Positions 49,270-63,904 are shown, counted from the first letter of the stretch. The stretch: DNA of 64,000 nt from Octopus vulgaris (GCA_951406725.2 OX597824.1:61318001-61382000), one strand, 5' to 3'. Numbers and translations are program-made. The notes: a model not told the origin generated them from the letters alone.

Positions 49270-50805
49270 CGCATACGCACTGTCAGTGAAGGGCAGTGTG
49301 CCGTGTATTTTTCGCGTTGGTAGTAATTTCTGGTGAAATCACTTGTGATTCTGGAGTAAGCTGTTTATTTGTTATACTTATTGAAGGTCTCTCCGTGTGG
49401 GTGAATAGCGCTGTGCACTGTCAGTGAAGGCAGTGCCGGTATTTTCCGTTGGTAGTAATTTCTAAGCTCTGTTAAATTTGTTGAATTTTGAACTATTGTT
49501 GCTGTTTTTACCTGTTTTCATATTTGTTTTCTTCCCCAATTATGGGTAAAGTAGAGAAGAATGAGTACTTCTGCCGACTTACTGTGGCAAACGCGTTACC
49601 AGAGTAAGAATTGGCAGAGTACCCCCGGAGATTAAGGAAGCATGGCTGGTGGCAGCAGTCATGCACAGAATGGAGGATGAAGTGAAAATCCTGAAGATTA
49701 CGAGAATCAAAAGGTTAACTGATGGGGGGATGGCCTCGAGATGGCCATACAAGTGAGCTTAAAAGACTTGTACGAGATCACAGAGATCATTCTCCCAGAA
49801 GACGTCAGACAATGAGTAGTGGTGGAAGAAAGACCACCAACATGTTTCTTATGTGGTTAAAAGAGGCACTTGAAAGCAAGGTGCCCCCAGAAAGAAGACA
49901 AAAAGGAAGAGCAGAAAAATAGAGTGAAGAACAGAGTACCGAGGTGGTTGTGACGGAAGGAGAGAAAGATAGAGTGGAGGAATCATTCATTGTTGTGAAT
50001 AGGAGGAAAAAGAAAGAGCGGGTGAGCTCTCCACCAGAGATCCAGAAAAGAATAGAGGAGAATGAGATGGAAGAGAAAGGGAACGGACTCGAGACGCCAG
50101 CAATACCAACAATGGAAGGTAGAGTGGGGGCAGAAACATCATTGCAACACGATGTGGAAGGCATAAACATTATTTTAGTGCACCAAGAGAGGAACCAAGT
50201 GGAAGGACTCACTAGAACAGCTCAGGTCCGTCACTGAAGCAAACGGATGTTAAAAAGAGAAAAAAACAAGTGGCATATGGTTACATACGCCAAAAGTACC
50301 GCAATCGAGCGGAAGACCACGAAGTTGAAATCGATCATAAGAGTAAGGTTGCCACCGGAGAAATATACAGAACACACCAAGGTTATAATTATTGACAAAG
50401 AAAGACACGAGAGACTGAAAGAACTATTCGGAAGTAGTATAGATACTTTAGGGGTCGAAATTGGATTCGACGAATTACCATCGGTCGTGGAGTATGAAGA
50501 TTTGAAACCCTTAATGAACTGCTAAAAAGAGTAAAGTAAGTAAAAAACTTTAAAACAATGAGAAAAAAATAGACTTTCAGAATATAGAAAAAGCGATGCT
50601 AAAAGGGGAAAAGAGAGTGTAAGAAAGATTTGTTAATTTGTATAATTTAACTGTTAAATGGTACTTCTTGAGGGGGGGGGGATCAATGCAACCATTTCAT
50701 TATCATTAATTTTATTATCTTTATACATCTTTCATTTTTCATTCGTTTTATGTTTTTGTCCTCACTGTGGTGTTCTGTCTGCCCTTGTGCTGTCCCCTCT
50801 GTGTT
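49270..50805 (+). mobile_element. Decayed ORF1/gag-like retroelement (zinc knuckle), no ORF2 seen
   Basis: RPPTCFLCG*KRHLKARCP is CX2CX4HX4C; purine-rich broken frames 49540-50525; duplicated 5' motif GCACTGTCAGTGAAGG..CGTTGGTAGTAATTTCT. Confidence 0.55.
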
Positions 50806-52407
50806 ATGGCCTCGGTGCCAAATGAAGAATTACACTGTGGCGTGTGCAGGCGCTTTGTGAAGACAGTCGATGAGAAGAGATATTGTTTGTTACGTGTTGT
50901 TTCTGATTTATATTTGTATTGTTATAAGTCCACGTTATAAAGTGGCATATACAGTGTGTTCGAAGAAGGACATACATAACAGTGTCGACGAGACACAACA
51001 GGGTCAAACCTCTGTTTCCTAGTGTGATATTTTGTTTGTTAATCACTAAACTATTACCTCAAAATCGAATAAAGTATCTACTAACGTCACCTAAAACAGA
51101 ACAGAAAGAAACACAACAACTGAGGCTTGGTTGTAATAAACTAGAAAATTAGGGGCAAAGACCACAGATAGCAGCAGAAAAAATACGATGATATAAGAGA
51201 GTGTGTTTACAATGTATTAAAAAACAAACCCTTGGTTGTGGAGTAATTCTTTGAAACATGACATATTGTCTGCTGTACAACGACAATCATTGAACATAAT
51301 TCAAAATAAAAAAAAACACACTCGTTAATAAGGCTATATTTCCACTGTTTACTGTAATGAAATGGTTAAAATGAAAAGTTTGCATGTGAGCGGTTCTATC
51401 ACAAAACTGGTCTACAGCATTATTTGGACTTAGCTCAAGATACCATAACTCATTATCAATTCTGTGTTTTCCTTGATGACCTTAGAATATCTTCATTATT
51501 AACGGAGAAAACAAAAGTATTTGATTAATATTTTTTCTTTACCTCATAATTATTTCAAGTTACTTTTACAACTTGCCTTGCATGTAATGTCATTTCTAAC
51601 TTATCTTGTTTTTTTATATCGATTCATCACCGAATTATTGGATCTCTAAGCAATTCTAGCTTGCAAAGTGAAGCAGTATAGAATCTTGTACATTTAGTTA
51701 GTGGAATAAACTGAATAATCACTTCTTTAGAAAAAAATGAAGCCTACACTTTGCTGATGAGTTCAAAATACAATTGAAACACACCAAGAGTTGTCACCCA
51801 TATATGCTTAAAACATAAAGTAATATTAGTCATTGACTAATGTCGTATTTAATTCACAAAGCAAATATTTCTGGTGATGTTTTGTGAAAAATAATCTCTG
51901 CATTAAATTTGTGCTTACTAATTTAACCTCGGTTGAAGTTAAGGAAAGACTCATTATTAATAGCTGAGATCAAAACGATGTCTGGAACTCTGTCCTAGGA
52001 AAGAAACATTTGTTTATAATTCTGTTTTTTTTTTGCAGTGATTTATCTGTATTCAACTGTATTATACCTTACACAACATGCAACGACGTTTGTGATATAG
52101 ATATCCAAGTGTTTAAACAATAACTAGATAGGAGAAATGATTAAGTATCAAAGTATAAGGTAAATATAAATTTGAAGTACCGAGATATAGCGTATATGTA
52201 AATTTGTAAATACAAGCACTAATGATTTAATATAACGTCATAGGGAAATGGTGTTGATGTAAATATTGTAATCATAGAATTTGTAAATGAAGCTAATAGT
52301 ATATACATACATATATACTTAGATATGTAAGAGTATTAAAAAAACTTATAGCAAAGATTAAGTAAATAATGTAGGTATAGATATTGTATGTACATACTGC
52401 AAAGAAA

Positions 52408-52438
<31 letters not shown>

Positions 52439-52508
52439 GTGACCGCGTGTGTACCGTTGGCGATTTTTTTCCTCTGTCTTCCCTTCTCTGGATCTTTCCT
52501 TCTCCTAT

Positions 52509-52543
52509 GTTTCCGACGAAGAGCTCCGCTCGAAACGTTAAAC
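52509..52543 (+). ncRNA. Minimal type I hammerhead motif (U4C) in a ~200-bp element (52440-52645) between (TA)n tracts
   Basis: GTTT-CCGACGA-A-GAGC(TCC)GCTC-GAA-ACGT-T-AAAC. Confidence 0.65.
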
Positions 52544-52638
52544 CCTCCTTCTTTCCTTCTTTCCTGAGCGTCCAATAATACTATACTTGTTCCACGTCCT
52601 CGCGTTGTTGTGTTTTTTGTGCTTTCTTGTTTGGATTA

Positions 52639-52683
<45 letters not shown>

Positions 52684-53067
52684 GAAATTTCGTGTACAAG
52701 ACAAAGTAAGACTGTTACTGTGATGTTCAGAAATTTTGCGTAGATTTTCATGATCTAGTTTGCTTCGGTGTAGTTGTTAGTTAACTACTATCCTGAGAAG
52801 TATCACCAGTTATGGGCTACAGATTAATTGTAGGAAATGCATGTTCCAAATGCATGTAGATACTTAACTCGAACGTATCCTTAGGGAAAAATTTATTCTG
52901 TCAAGTTATGAATAGCTATATCTCTTGATATAATAAAATGATCCCCGAGGAGCCGTAGTGGTTGAGTATCTATATGCATTTAGAACACTTCTCGTAGGGC
53001 TCCAAACAACCAGAATGGTGAAGTGCGCATCAGAACTTTGATAGAAACTTATGTCTATTCTCATGCT

Positions 53068-53589
53068 AATCTAATGTACCTCGCTTGCGGTAGGGAGGCT
53101 GTCTCCCCTTTCGGTTAAGCCGAACATGTGCTTTCTGTTGCTAGGAAGTCTTTGACTCTTATTTCTAGCAATGCCAGTGCTCCCTGTACCCCTAATCACA
53201 TTTTAGTGGCGGTGAATTATTTCCTCTTTGGTTTTAAGTTGCGTCTAGCCACCTTAATTATTTCATAATTTTCACATTACCATTTTGCGGATCAGCCACT
53301 GATTCCTATGGTAAAATCTGTAAGTACTGACATGCGTAAGTTCAGCTTCATCACCAGCAATGGAATAAGCATTACTGGTTGGTATTAATTCCTATACGAA
53401 ATTAGCATACAAATCTAATGCACCTCGCTTGCGATGGGGAGGTTGTCTTCCCTGTCAGTTAAATAGAGCATGTGCTTTCTGTGGCCAAGGAGTCTCTGAC
53501 TATTATATCTAGCAATGCCGGTGCTCCCTGCACCCTTGGTCACTTTTTAGTGATGGTGAATTATTTCCTTTTTGGTTTTAAATTGCGTC
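53068..53589. repeat. Diverged direct duplication, 53068-53245 and 53412-53589
   Basis: Colinear 178-bp units, roughly 80% identical by eye. Confidence 0.85.
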
Positions 53590-53599
53590 ATTTTAAATA

Positions 53600-54090
53600 C
53601 ACTGGTCAACAAAATTAAATGTATCATATTCATTATGAATGCAAACCAACATTTTTAGACTAATTTTTCCTGCTGCTTTGAAAATTTCGCTCCATTTGTA
53701 TGCAGCACATATCAGTTTTTCAGTTGATACATGCAATTATTTACATATTTGTATATGTAAAATCATTTACATAATAAATAAGGATATATTATTTTTAAAA
53801 AGTAAATGAGTTTACTGACTTAAAAATCATCAGTATCATTCTACAAAGAGTGAATACACATCTGCTGAAACAGATAAAGTTAGAACAGCAGTTAGAAACA
53901 TTGTGATTTCGATTTCCTGCGGTGTTTCTGATCTGGTTGATCATGGTAAAGTTTCCAGCAGGAGTCAGCCAGTATACTGTCATTCCAGAAGCTTTGGTAC
54001 TGTTTCTCCATAACACTAATGTCCTGGTGAAATCTTTCATGGTTTTAGCTCATGCATTATAGAAATTCTTCAAAAATGAAACACCACCAT
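53600..54090 (-). mobile_element. Chapaev-3 (CMC)-like DNA transposon 3' remnant
   Basis: HERFHQDISVMEKQYQSFWNDSILADSCWKL; terminus begins CACTGGTCAACAAAA. The superfamily is assigned from motif recall. Confidence 0.6.
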
Positions 54091-54247
54091 TACTAAATAG
54101 GAAATATAACATAGAAGGTAGTGATATCCTAATACCCGTAGTTTATACATACACAGGTAGAGGTGTTAGTAGCCTGTTATATAGACGTATATATATGTGT
54201 ATATACATATATATATATATATATATATCTGCATATATATATATATA

Positions 54248-54293
<46 letters not shown>

Positions 54294-54508
54294 GGTAAAT
54301 AGATATGTAAGTAAACAGATAGATAAGCATATATATAGGTACATAGGTATTACGGACAAACAAGCACATACACAAACACATATACATACACAAATGAAGA
54401 CTGAAGCTCATGACCATATACACACACGCGCACTGTGTTAAATAATAAGGCACTAAAAGAGAGTGACTCTCCCCAGACACAGTAATATATAAATACAAAT
54501 ATAAATAT

Positions 54509-54546
<38 letters not shown>

Positions 54547-54569
54547 GTATATATGATATTTTATCTTTT

Positions 54570-54860
54570 ATTAGACTGCAGCCATGCTGGGGCTCCGTTA
54601 CTTATTCATTTTAAGCCTGAACTTATTCTTTTTAAGCCTGGCACTTATTCTACCGGTCTCTTTTGCCGAACCGCTAGGTCACGGACACGTAAACACACCA
54701 ATACCCGTTGTCCAACGGTGGTGGGGGACAAATACAGTGACAAGACGCACACAGACACACAAGCATGCGCAATCACATATAAGCACACACACCCACATGT
54801 ACGCACACAAACATACAAGCGCGCAGACACACACACACATGCACATATATACGACGGCTT
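54570..54860 (-). mobile_element. SINE family B, partial
   Basis: GACTGCAGCCATGCTGG..GGTCTCTTTTGCCGAACCGCTA..GTAAACACACCAA. Confidence 0.75.
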
Positions 54861-55285
54861 CTTTCACACACACACAGACAAACACACACATATATATATG
54901 AAATTAGATCTGATTGCTTGATATTGTTTGATATTACTGCACAGTCACCATCTTTGTCAGAAATATATCAAAGGCGGCTTTACTCATTAGCGTCATATCA
55001 TAGCTAACTCTGAAAGAATACTTCTGAGACCATGGTTAATGTACGGCACACATATATGATAATTTAACTTTTCGTTTGAACTTTTGTCAACTTTCTTGGT
55101 ACTTATGCAAAGGGATAAAATGAATACTGATTTTTGAAAGAGAAATAACAATTACCTTAAAATATAATTACATATAACAAATAGGAAAAAAAAAATTGTG
55201 CCACTGAAGTTCACTCATGCATACACATTTACTGTTCCCTCCCTCTCTGTTCATATGTATATATGTATATATGTATATATGTATA

Positions 55286-55353
<68 letters not shown>

Positions 55354-55389
55354 CATACATTCATATATATATAATAAAAAATAACTTAT

Positions 55390-55916
55390 TCACCTAAGTT
55401 TTATCATCATCTCCTTCTTCGAAGCAGTAACATACCGGTCCCAGCGTTCCTGCCAATTTTGGAATTCGGCCTGGAAGTCATTTTCCGTAAGCGAGTAGAG
55501 AACCTTCTGCGATTTGCTCTGGGTCCCAACAACGGTGTTAAAAAAATGGCCTTTCAGCAGCGTTTTCATAACGGAGAAGAGATGGAAGTCCGCAGGTGCT
55601 AAATCTGACGAATAGGGCGGGTGCAGAAGCGATTCCATGTTGTCTTTGGCGAGAACCTCACAAGGGAGAAGGGCTCGTTGACAGGATGTATTGTCGTTGT
55701 GAAGAATCCAGTTCTTCGCACTCCACAAATCGCAGACTACAGTTTACACGTGACCACAAAAGCACAAATTTCACAACTTGCCAAGTAAACACAGCGATGT
55801 CACTCGGCACACTGCCTCATGAAGGTCACTGCTAGCTCTCACTGCGCATGCAACTGTATACTGCCGTCTGTTGATGCGCTACAGAATTAGTCCGGGAACA
55901 TTTTGATACCACCTCG
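55390..55916 (-). mobile_element. Internally deleted mariner with 5' TIR
   Basis: WILHNDN, HPPYSSDLAPADFHLF; terminus CGAGGTGGTATCAAAATGTTCCCGGA next to TA. Confidence 0.85.
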
Positions 55917-57249
55917 TATATATATATGTATATACACACATGATATGTCGCAAATATATACTGTAAAGAGGAAGTAAATAGAGTAGATATAAGTACTGTA
56001 AATATATCCGGTATAGATGGGGTTTATAAAAATTGTAAATATATTCATTAGATATATAAATATTGTAATTATACACTGGAAATGATGTCAATAGTGTAAA
56101 TAGATGACGTGCAAATATTCACAACAAAAACATACTCTATTTCGAGGAGTTAGATGTAAATATTGTAAATATATAATCTCTATAATTGAAGCTAATAGTG
56201 CGCATATAAAAACATTTTTATTCTTCAGAATTTACCCCAACATAGACTACAAATGGTTATAAGACGATACAATGTATAAATAAACACATACAAGTCACAC
56301 TGAAAGCTAAACATGATATTAATTAAAATTCTAGTGGTAACACATCCATTAATCACATTGCTTCTTCCTACTAAATCTTCTCATCGATTCTTACTATAAA
56401 GGAACACTAATACGCGCCAACGTCACTTCATCCAGATGAGGCTATGAAGATCTGAACCTGAGGGGGTTAGGAACTTTACTGTTTTAATTTGCAATGGACT
56501 TATAAAATATGAAAAACAAAAACTTTGATAAAAGAGATGAAACACAGTTGTGTATTCCGTACAACACACATCTCTGCATAGATGGACGTTGGTGTTTAAT
56601 TGAAATGTTATTGGTAAACAAGCCGGTGTTGGCAAGGCAACATTTGTTATTTTGCGGGGGAGAAGTTTTGATAGGATGGAAGCAAAAAAGACCCACAAAA
56701 AACCCAGAAAAACAAAACAAAAGTCGAAGCCATAAAGAAAGAATAACCAGCAAATACGTATATAACAAGGAACCAAACATGGCGTCGGTTATTAGCGTCG
56801 ATAGATTTATCAGATTTGTCAGATAATCTTTCGTCGAATGGTATAAGTAAATATCTAACTGTTAATTACTCCTCGACATTCGTTTTCGAATAAACAAGAA
56901 AATATATCACCAGAAAAAAGAAAGACAAGAACAAGTAAACAACTAGATAACTATTTACTGTTAATTGGAAAAAAATATAATGAAATTAGCTTCATAAACA
57001 TGTCGCTCAGGGTTGGTTCCTGGTGTGCGCAATGTTGGGCAAAAACCACATATTTCATGCTTTTTGGTAGAGGAAGAAGAGTATAATGCATGACTCTTTT
57101 CAGGATCCTGAAAATGGTGGAAAGAAGAGACGAAATTCTCAAACTAAAGAATTTCCCTGAAAGCTTGCAACAACACCCAAAAGAACCAGGTGCTAAGTCA
57201 ACTACTAAAGAAGAAAAATGATTCCTTCGTCGGGTTTTATTACAGTTAC

Positions 57250-57482
57250 TTATTTCTTTATTGCCCACAAGGGGCTAAACATAGAGGGGACAAACAAAGA
57301 CAGACAAAGAGATTAAGTTGATCACATCGACCCCAGTGCGTAACTGGTACATAATTTATCCACCCTGAAAGGATGAAAGTCAAAGTCGACCTTGGCGGAA
57401 TTTGAACTCAGAACGTAACGGCAAACTAAATACCGCTAAGCATTTCGCCCGGCGTGCTAACGTTTCTGCAAGCTCGCCGCCT
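57250..57482 (-). mobile_element. SINE family A
   Basis: Reverse complement of the 6697-6930 unit. Confidence 0.88.
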
Positions 57483-58956
57483 TTTGTACAGTTTCTGTCT
57501 ATCAAATTTCATTCATATAGCTTTTATAGACTGGAAGTTTTTGCAGAAGACACTTGTCAAAGTTTTCACTCGCTGGGATAGAACCTCAAAATTCATTGTT
57601 GCGAACGCAAAATGAGGAAGTACATCACCATGCCTGCACCCAAGTATAGTTGCTTATTATATTTTAAATATTACACATGATTTTTCAGAAAAATAAAACA
57701 CATTCCACCAATGTGCTACATGAGTTCGGTGATTTTGAAATTTTCTAATGATAGGATATTTTCAGGGAAACAACTCTCATTCACTCTTCTAGTCTTGTTG
57801 CAACTATCGTTTTTCTTCAGTATTGAAAATTCAAGCCCATATAAATAGTTTGCAGAAACTATCCTCAAACTCTCCTCCACCCATCCATAAAAAAATACTA
57901 AACCAAGCAAAGCAAAACTTCAATTAACTGAAAGTGTTAATTCTTCATTTGGAATTGAAAAAAGAAATTAGGATATATCCAGAAGTACTTTCTGCAAAAC
58001 CATGTAAAATAACTAGAAATTGTTCTTCAACATTTTTATCATATCCTTTTATTCTATTATTCCGATATCTCGTATCGATTTTGGTAGTTAGGTTACGACT
58101 ATCAGCCAGAACTTAAAATAAGGTTTGATGTTGACTTTCCAAATGTTCCATTACAAATACAGTATTTTCGTTTGAATTGGCATACTTGGTACTATTTTTC
58201 CGGCTTTGAATTGTTAGGGAAGAAAAACAGAAAATAATTTAGAGTTGGTTTATAAAATGTAGGCAGCTTTATCGTTAACATAAGGCTGTTTTTTTCATTT
58301 GTCCATCATATATATATAGATAGTTAACTATTTTATCATTATAATACACTTGAGTAAATAAGCTAGCTGGACACATCACAAACTCACTAGTGAGATATTC
58401 AATAATATTCGTTTATATTTCAGCTGAAAGGATCCTTTCAGTTTGTTTTATGATAAATAAAAATCAGTTTATACATCATTCCTGATTGATACTTTATTAT
58501 CCTACTACATCGTCTTTATGAACAAAGTGGAAAGCCTCTCCACGATTATTCCACATGACAGACATAACAGCTAACACCAAATGTACTTCAATCTTTTTTA
58601 AAAGAGGAAGATCCCATTCAATAAAGTACATGTAGGCAGACAACTCTGTAAAGACAGGATGGTCACAGCAAGACTGTTTTTTATTATTGGTCAGCTTCAT
58701 CGGAGTTGTTTTGAGGTTAAACAACAACAACAACAACAACAAAAACAACAACACTTCTATATATAGAAAGAGAAAAGTCATAGTGGAAAGACATTTATCC
58801 AAATGGGGCTGAAGTGTTGTTTCCAAGAGATCTCTCAACAGAATTGGTCACTAATATAATCTGATCGAAGATAAATTACAACTTACCGTAATGTATTTCG
58901 AATAAAAAATGGAATATGAACACCTACCACACAAATATAACAAACATAAATCAATA

Positions 58957-59116
58957 CAGGGCGGCTGGGTGGTAAGAAACTTGCTTCCCAACAACATGGC
59001 TCCAGGTTCAGTCCCACTGCGTGGCACCTTGTACAAGTGTCTTCTACTAAAACCTTAGGTCGACCAAACCCTTGTGAGTGGATTTGGTACACGGAAACGG
59101 AAAGGAGCCCGTCGTA

Positions 59117-59181
<65 letters not shown>

Positions 59182-59582
59182 CTATGTGTGCGTGTATCTT
59201 TGTGACTGTGTTTGTCCTCCCACCACCGCTTGACAAAAAGTGTTAGCCTGTTTACATCCCCGTAACTTAGTGATTCGGCAAAAGACACCGACAGAATAAG
59301 TACTACATTTAGAAAATAAGTTCAAGAGTCGATTTGTTCGACTAAACGGTAGTGTTCCACCCCGGCTGCGGTCAAATGATTGAAACAAGTTTGTTCGAGT
59401 CATTTGAATGCGGCCATGCTGGAGCGCCGCCTTTAGTCTAACAAATCGACCCCAGGACTTATTTTTTTGTAAGCCTAGTTCTTATTCTAGCGGTCACTTT
59501 TGCCGAACCGCTAAGTAACAGGGACGTAAACACACCAGCATCTGTTATCAAGCGATGGTAGAGGGACAAACACAGACGCTCA

Positions 59583-59637
<55 letters not shown>

Positions 59638-59700
59638 GTATGTATGCATGTATGTATGTATGTACATCTAATAAATCTGTCTACCAAATCCACTCACAAG
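58957..59700. mobile_element. Two SINE family B copies tail-to-tail (58957-59390 on +, 59395-59700 on -)
   Basis: Head GGCTGGGTGGTAAGAAACTTGCTTCCC..GGTTCAGTCCCACTGCGTGGCACC; the opposed tails meet at about 59390. Confidence 0.85.
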
Positions 59701-59880
59701 GATAGATCTATCGAACTTTCAAAGAAGTCAAATTGTTGGTGCTCGTATGATATGCGCTAGCGTAAAGAAAACAGCCGAAATGTTTGGTGTACTGTCTCGA
59801 AAGTAATGGCACTCTTTGAGAAAGAGGGAGAAACCTCCTCATCGAAAGAAAACTTCAGATAGGGATCGTCGGCTACAATA
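59700..59880 (+). mobile_element. Tc1-like transposase N-terminal HTH fragment
   Basis: DLSNFQRSQIVGARMICASVKKTAEMFGV..TVSKVM..FEKEGETSS. Confidence 0.7.
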
Positions 59881-60496
59881 AACCGCCAACTTTAACCGAA
59901 AATTAGTCAGGGGAACTCGCAAGCCAACGGTAGCACTGCGATTGCGCAGATAAACAGTAGACAGGTAGCAGTCCTTGTCTTCTGTCTTATATGTTTTAAC
60001 CCCAGGTTGGATCTCGCCGAAGAAGATCAGACCTTGCGAGTTCCCCTGACTTGCTAAAAGAAGATCAGAAACCAATTTGGTCCGGGGTATTAAATGGTAA
60101 ATGTTTTTCATTTCCAAATTTATTCCTGTCGAATTTTATCTATTATTTTTGTGGTTATTTAATGTGTTGAATCTCACCATAAGTGTGGATTCCTTATGTG
60201 TATAAATATACACTATATCGTATAACTAATATATAGTCTTCTTGACTATTTTTTTTTGCACGTTAGACCATTGGAAATGTAAATTTTGATTGAATATTTT
60301 AAATTTAATTTAATTAAATTCCATTTTCCTTTTGATATGATTATATATATATACATATATATATATATAATTGAATAAGATAGAGTCAACACAAAGGAGT
60401 ACAGTTAGACAGTTATTTAATAATCACTACATATTACACACACACACACAAACACACACAGCCACAGACACACACACACACACACACACAAACACA

Positions 60497-60580
<84 letters not shown>

Positions 60581-63064
60581 CTTTGTTGCTTTGTTAATGA
60601 AACGAAATCTTCCGCGGATAGTGTCATTGAAAAAACTAAAAATAAAGCCGACGCACGACTTCATAAAGGTTCCTGCCATTGATAGCAATCAGTCCAGTCA
60701 CTGTTAACATAATAACATTATCATTGGTGTCTTCTTTAAGTTTTTACACCATAAACATTGCGTCGTAACTTCAATTATTTGAATGAAACCGATGAATGTT
60801 TGTAGAGATTTACCACTGCTATCGGTCGATTTGCCAACTTGTGATGCCAAAATTGTATTACGTTACTTCAATAGAAACACACTCTTTGATATTAAAAAAG
60901 ACATTTCAATATTCAATATTCCCTCGTTATAGCAGAGTTTGGGAAATTTATTGTTCGCTTCATTAATAAACATTAACCTAAAACTCAAATGGAACACTGA
61001 CATAGAACTCACCTATAAGCATATTTCATTCTGCTTGTGAGGATTTTAAAAATCTGGTGAGAAAGAAACCGAATACATTAGAAAATTGCATTCTTTATTT
61101 TTCCACAAAACCATTTGCTTGTATTTTTCTACTCAACAAACCGTGTGAAGTAGTTAAGATTTAAAATTTTGTGACGTGTGTTTCATGATCAAACAGTTTC
61201 CTATTTCTGGAAACTATGTCATATAACAAATTTTCACTACGTACATCATATGGTATCTGTCAGTAACTCCTGAAAAATAAATCCAAAGCATGTATTCATA
61301 TAATGTCGATGAATGTTACACTTCAAAAATCTTTTTAGTGGTGTGAGCTGTCTTTAACAAGTCCTACCGGCGCAGCTTTCGACACAAAGACAAATATGTC
61401 TTTTATTGTCGCCGTTTTGACAATTCCATTGTCTTGAACTAAATCTATTTTCATCTTAGAGTTATTTATTCAGAAAAAAAAAAGAAACTTAATAAAAAAC
61501 GAATAATCTGGAACTTTTCATGAATGGAATAAGTTCGTGACAGCCACATCAATCATTGCAACTAAAATGGTGTCAGCTATAACTATCGGGCATTCACAAC
61601 GCTTCTGTTTGCTCACACTTCATATTCAAAGTTAAATATGAAACAATGCGAAAGTAATCGAAACTGAAAGTTTTTTTTTATTAAACACAAACAAACAGGT
61701 TAATTGTATTATATGACATAAAATATTAGCTAGCAGCACACAAAGAACAGTGAAAATAATAACCGTTATCATTCGTGTGAGCATCCAAAGGTTAAGTCTA
61801 ACCAAATCTATATAGGTACCACGCATAGTATAGTCAGTGGCTCTAAGCAACAAGAATTCAGTTCAGTTTCATCTCCTTTTCTTATATGAAGCTGGTCTCA
61901 GTTGGCATTTGGTAACAGTAAACATCTTCTAAAAGCAGAGATAGTCTTAATAAATCAATAATTTATGTTGTATGGCATCGGATATACTTTCATTTGTTTG
62001 TGTTCTTTATATATATACATATATATAGCACAAGCCAGTCTGAGTTATTTTTCTCCGCTCAAAGTCAATCACGAGTGAGAAAATCTAATGTTAAAGACGA
62101 TCCAGCAATGGCAGCTCTAATCTTCTTGTAGACATAGAATTATACTATCCAGTTAATAAACATTGTTTTTATAAGCCACTAGGATATGATCTGAGGGAGA
62201 CTTAACTGCTAATTCTCGCAACTTCAGCGGCGTTGTAAAGCTCAAGTATTTTGTAGTTCTTAGTGAATCAGCCACCATCGGGCCGCTGTCCTCGTATCGT
62301 CTCAATCAGCTTCCTACTTGAATCTGTATATGACCTACATTAAACTGTAATCATACATACAATTATAACTCTTATCAAATTGATATAGTGGGTAATTTAC
62401 TTCAGTATAAAAACTAACACGGCTGCTATGGAGATGATTTTTTATTGCAAGAACAGCTGGCATTTGGAATGAACAGCTTCTGTTTCTAAATGAATCATTT
62501 TGATTATATTGTTTTTAAGATGTTCTGCCATATTGCTTTGGTTAATTGATAATAGATCAGCTGTACCATTTGTAAACTGACAATATATATTATAATGTCG
62601 GTAACAATACTAATTCATTACCTCATCTCTCTCTCCCTCTTTCTGCCTCTTATTCTCTCTCCCTCTTCTCTCTCTCTGTACACTCACACACACACACATA
62701 TATATATACGTGTTTAAGTATATGTATAAATATATATATATACGTGTTTGTGTATATATATATATTTATATCTATGTATCTATCTGTAGCTATATGTTAA
62801 TATGTGTATATATGCACATTAATAACCATATTTATATATATATATATATATATAAAGATGACTTCCTTCCTATTAGAATTAATAGAATTAATTAGTCTAT
62901 ATATACGTGCAAACAAAACATTAATTACTTTGATATACTTATACACACATATACATAAACACACATATGTATATATACACGTATACGTATAAATATATGT
63001 ATATATTTATACATACATATACATATACATATACATATATATGTATATGTATGTATATATGTAT

Positions 63065-63121
<57 letters not shown>

Positions 63122-63904
63122 CATACATATATATATACATATGTATATATACATATATGCATGCATATTCACGCATACTATAGAAAGCAAGCAAGCAAAT
63201 GATAATTTTGTAGACACCAAATTAGATTTAGTCGCTGATGAAGCGACTAAATCTAATTACATTGTCTTAAAATACTCTATCAAATACCGACATCAAAAGT
63301 AGTCTTCAATGTTAGTAGGCGATTACCATCGTCATCCTCAAATGTTGATAGCTTTGCAAAAGTTTCGCATTTTTATAACAAAGTATTTAGTCATAGTGAA
63401 TTTTGAAGTGAGATAGGACATAAATAGGGGCCTACAGCTCCCAAATCTAGAAATAAAAATAGAAAATCCATTGATATAAGCCAACTTTTCGTTTGAACGA
63501 TTCTACAAATATTCTTAGGGACTTTCTTAAGTTAATTTTACTTCATTTTAAAGAACATAGGTTTTATAAAACTATGTTAGAATTTCTATTAAAGTTTTTC
63601 ACTCTGGTTGGGAAAATTTCAGCAGCTATTTTATTTAAATTAAAGCAAAATATGTGTCAAACACTCGTAATACCATAATAAAGTGCAGTTTTAGAAACTC
63701 TTGTAAGAGCCTACATAACGAGTTTTTCCCTCCATAATACAGAATATCCAAAGTCACTGAACGTTGATTCACAGTCAAAATCATACATTGATTAAATTTA
63801 CGACAAAATCTTATTCGAACACTCATTCTTCTGTCATTCTAGACAGAAAATTTGGTTTTAAACTGTCGAAATATGTTTGGAAATTTGGAAACAAGTTCCA
63901 GTTC

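Noticed and set aside
51744-51800. CTGATGA...GAAAC...GTC hammerhead-like string
   Set aside because: Stem I and stem II do not pair convincingly, and it is single-copy here.
63227-63251. TTTAGTCGCTGATGAAGCGACTAAA hairpin containing CTGATGA
   Set aside because: A simple short hairpin with no GAAA or stem III; not a ribozyme or terminator.
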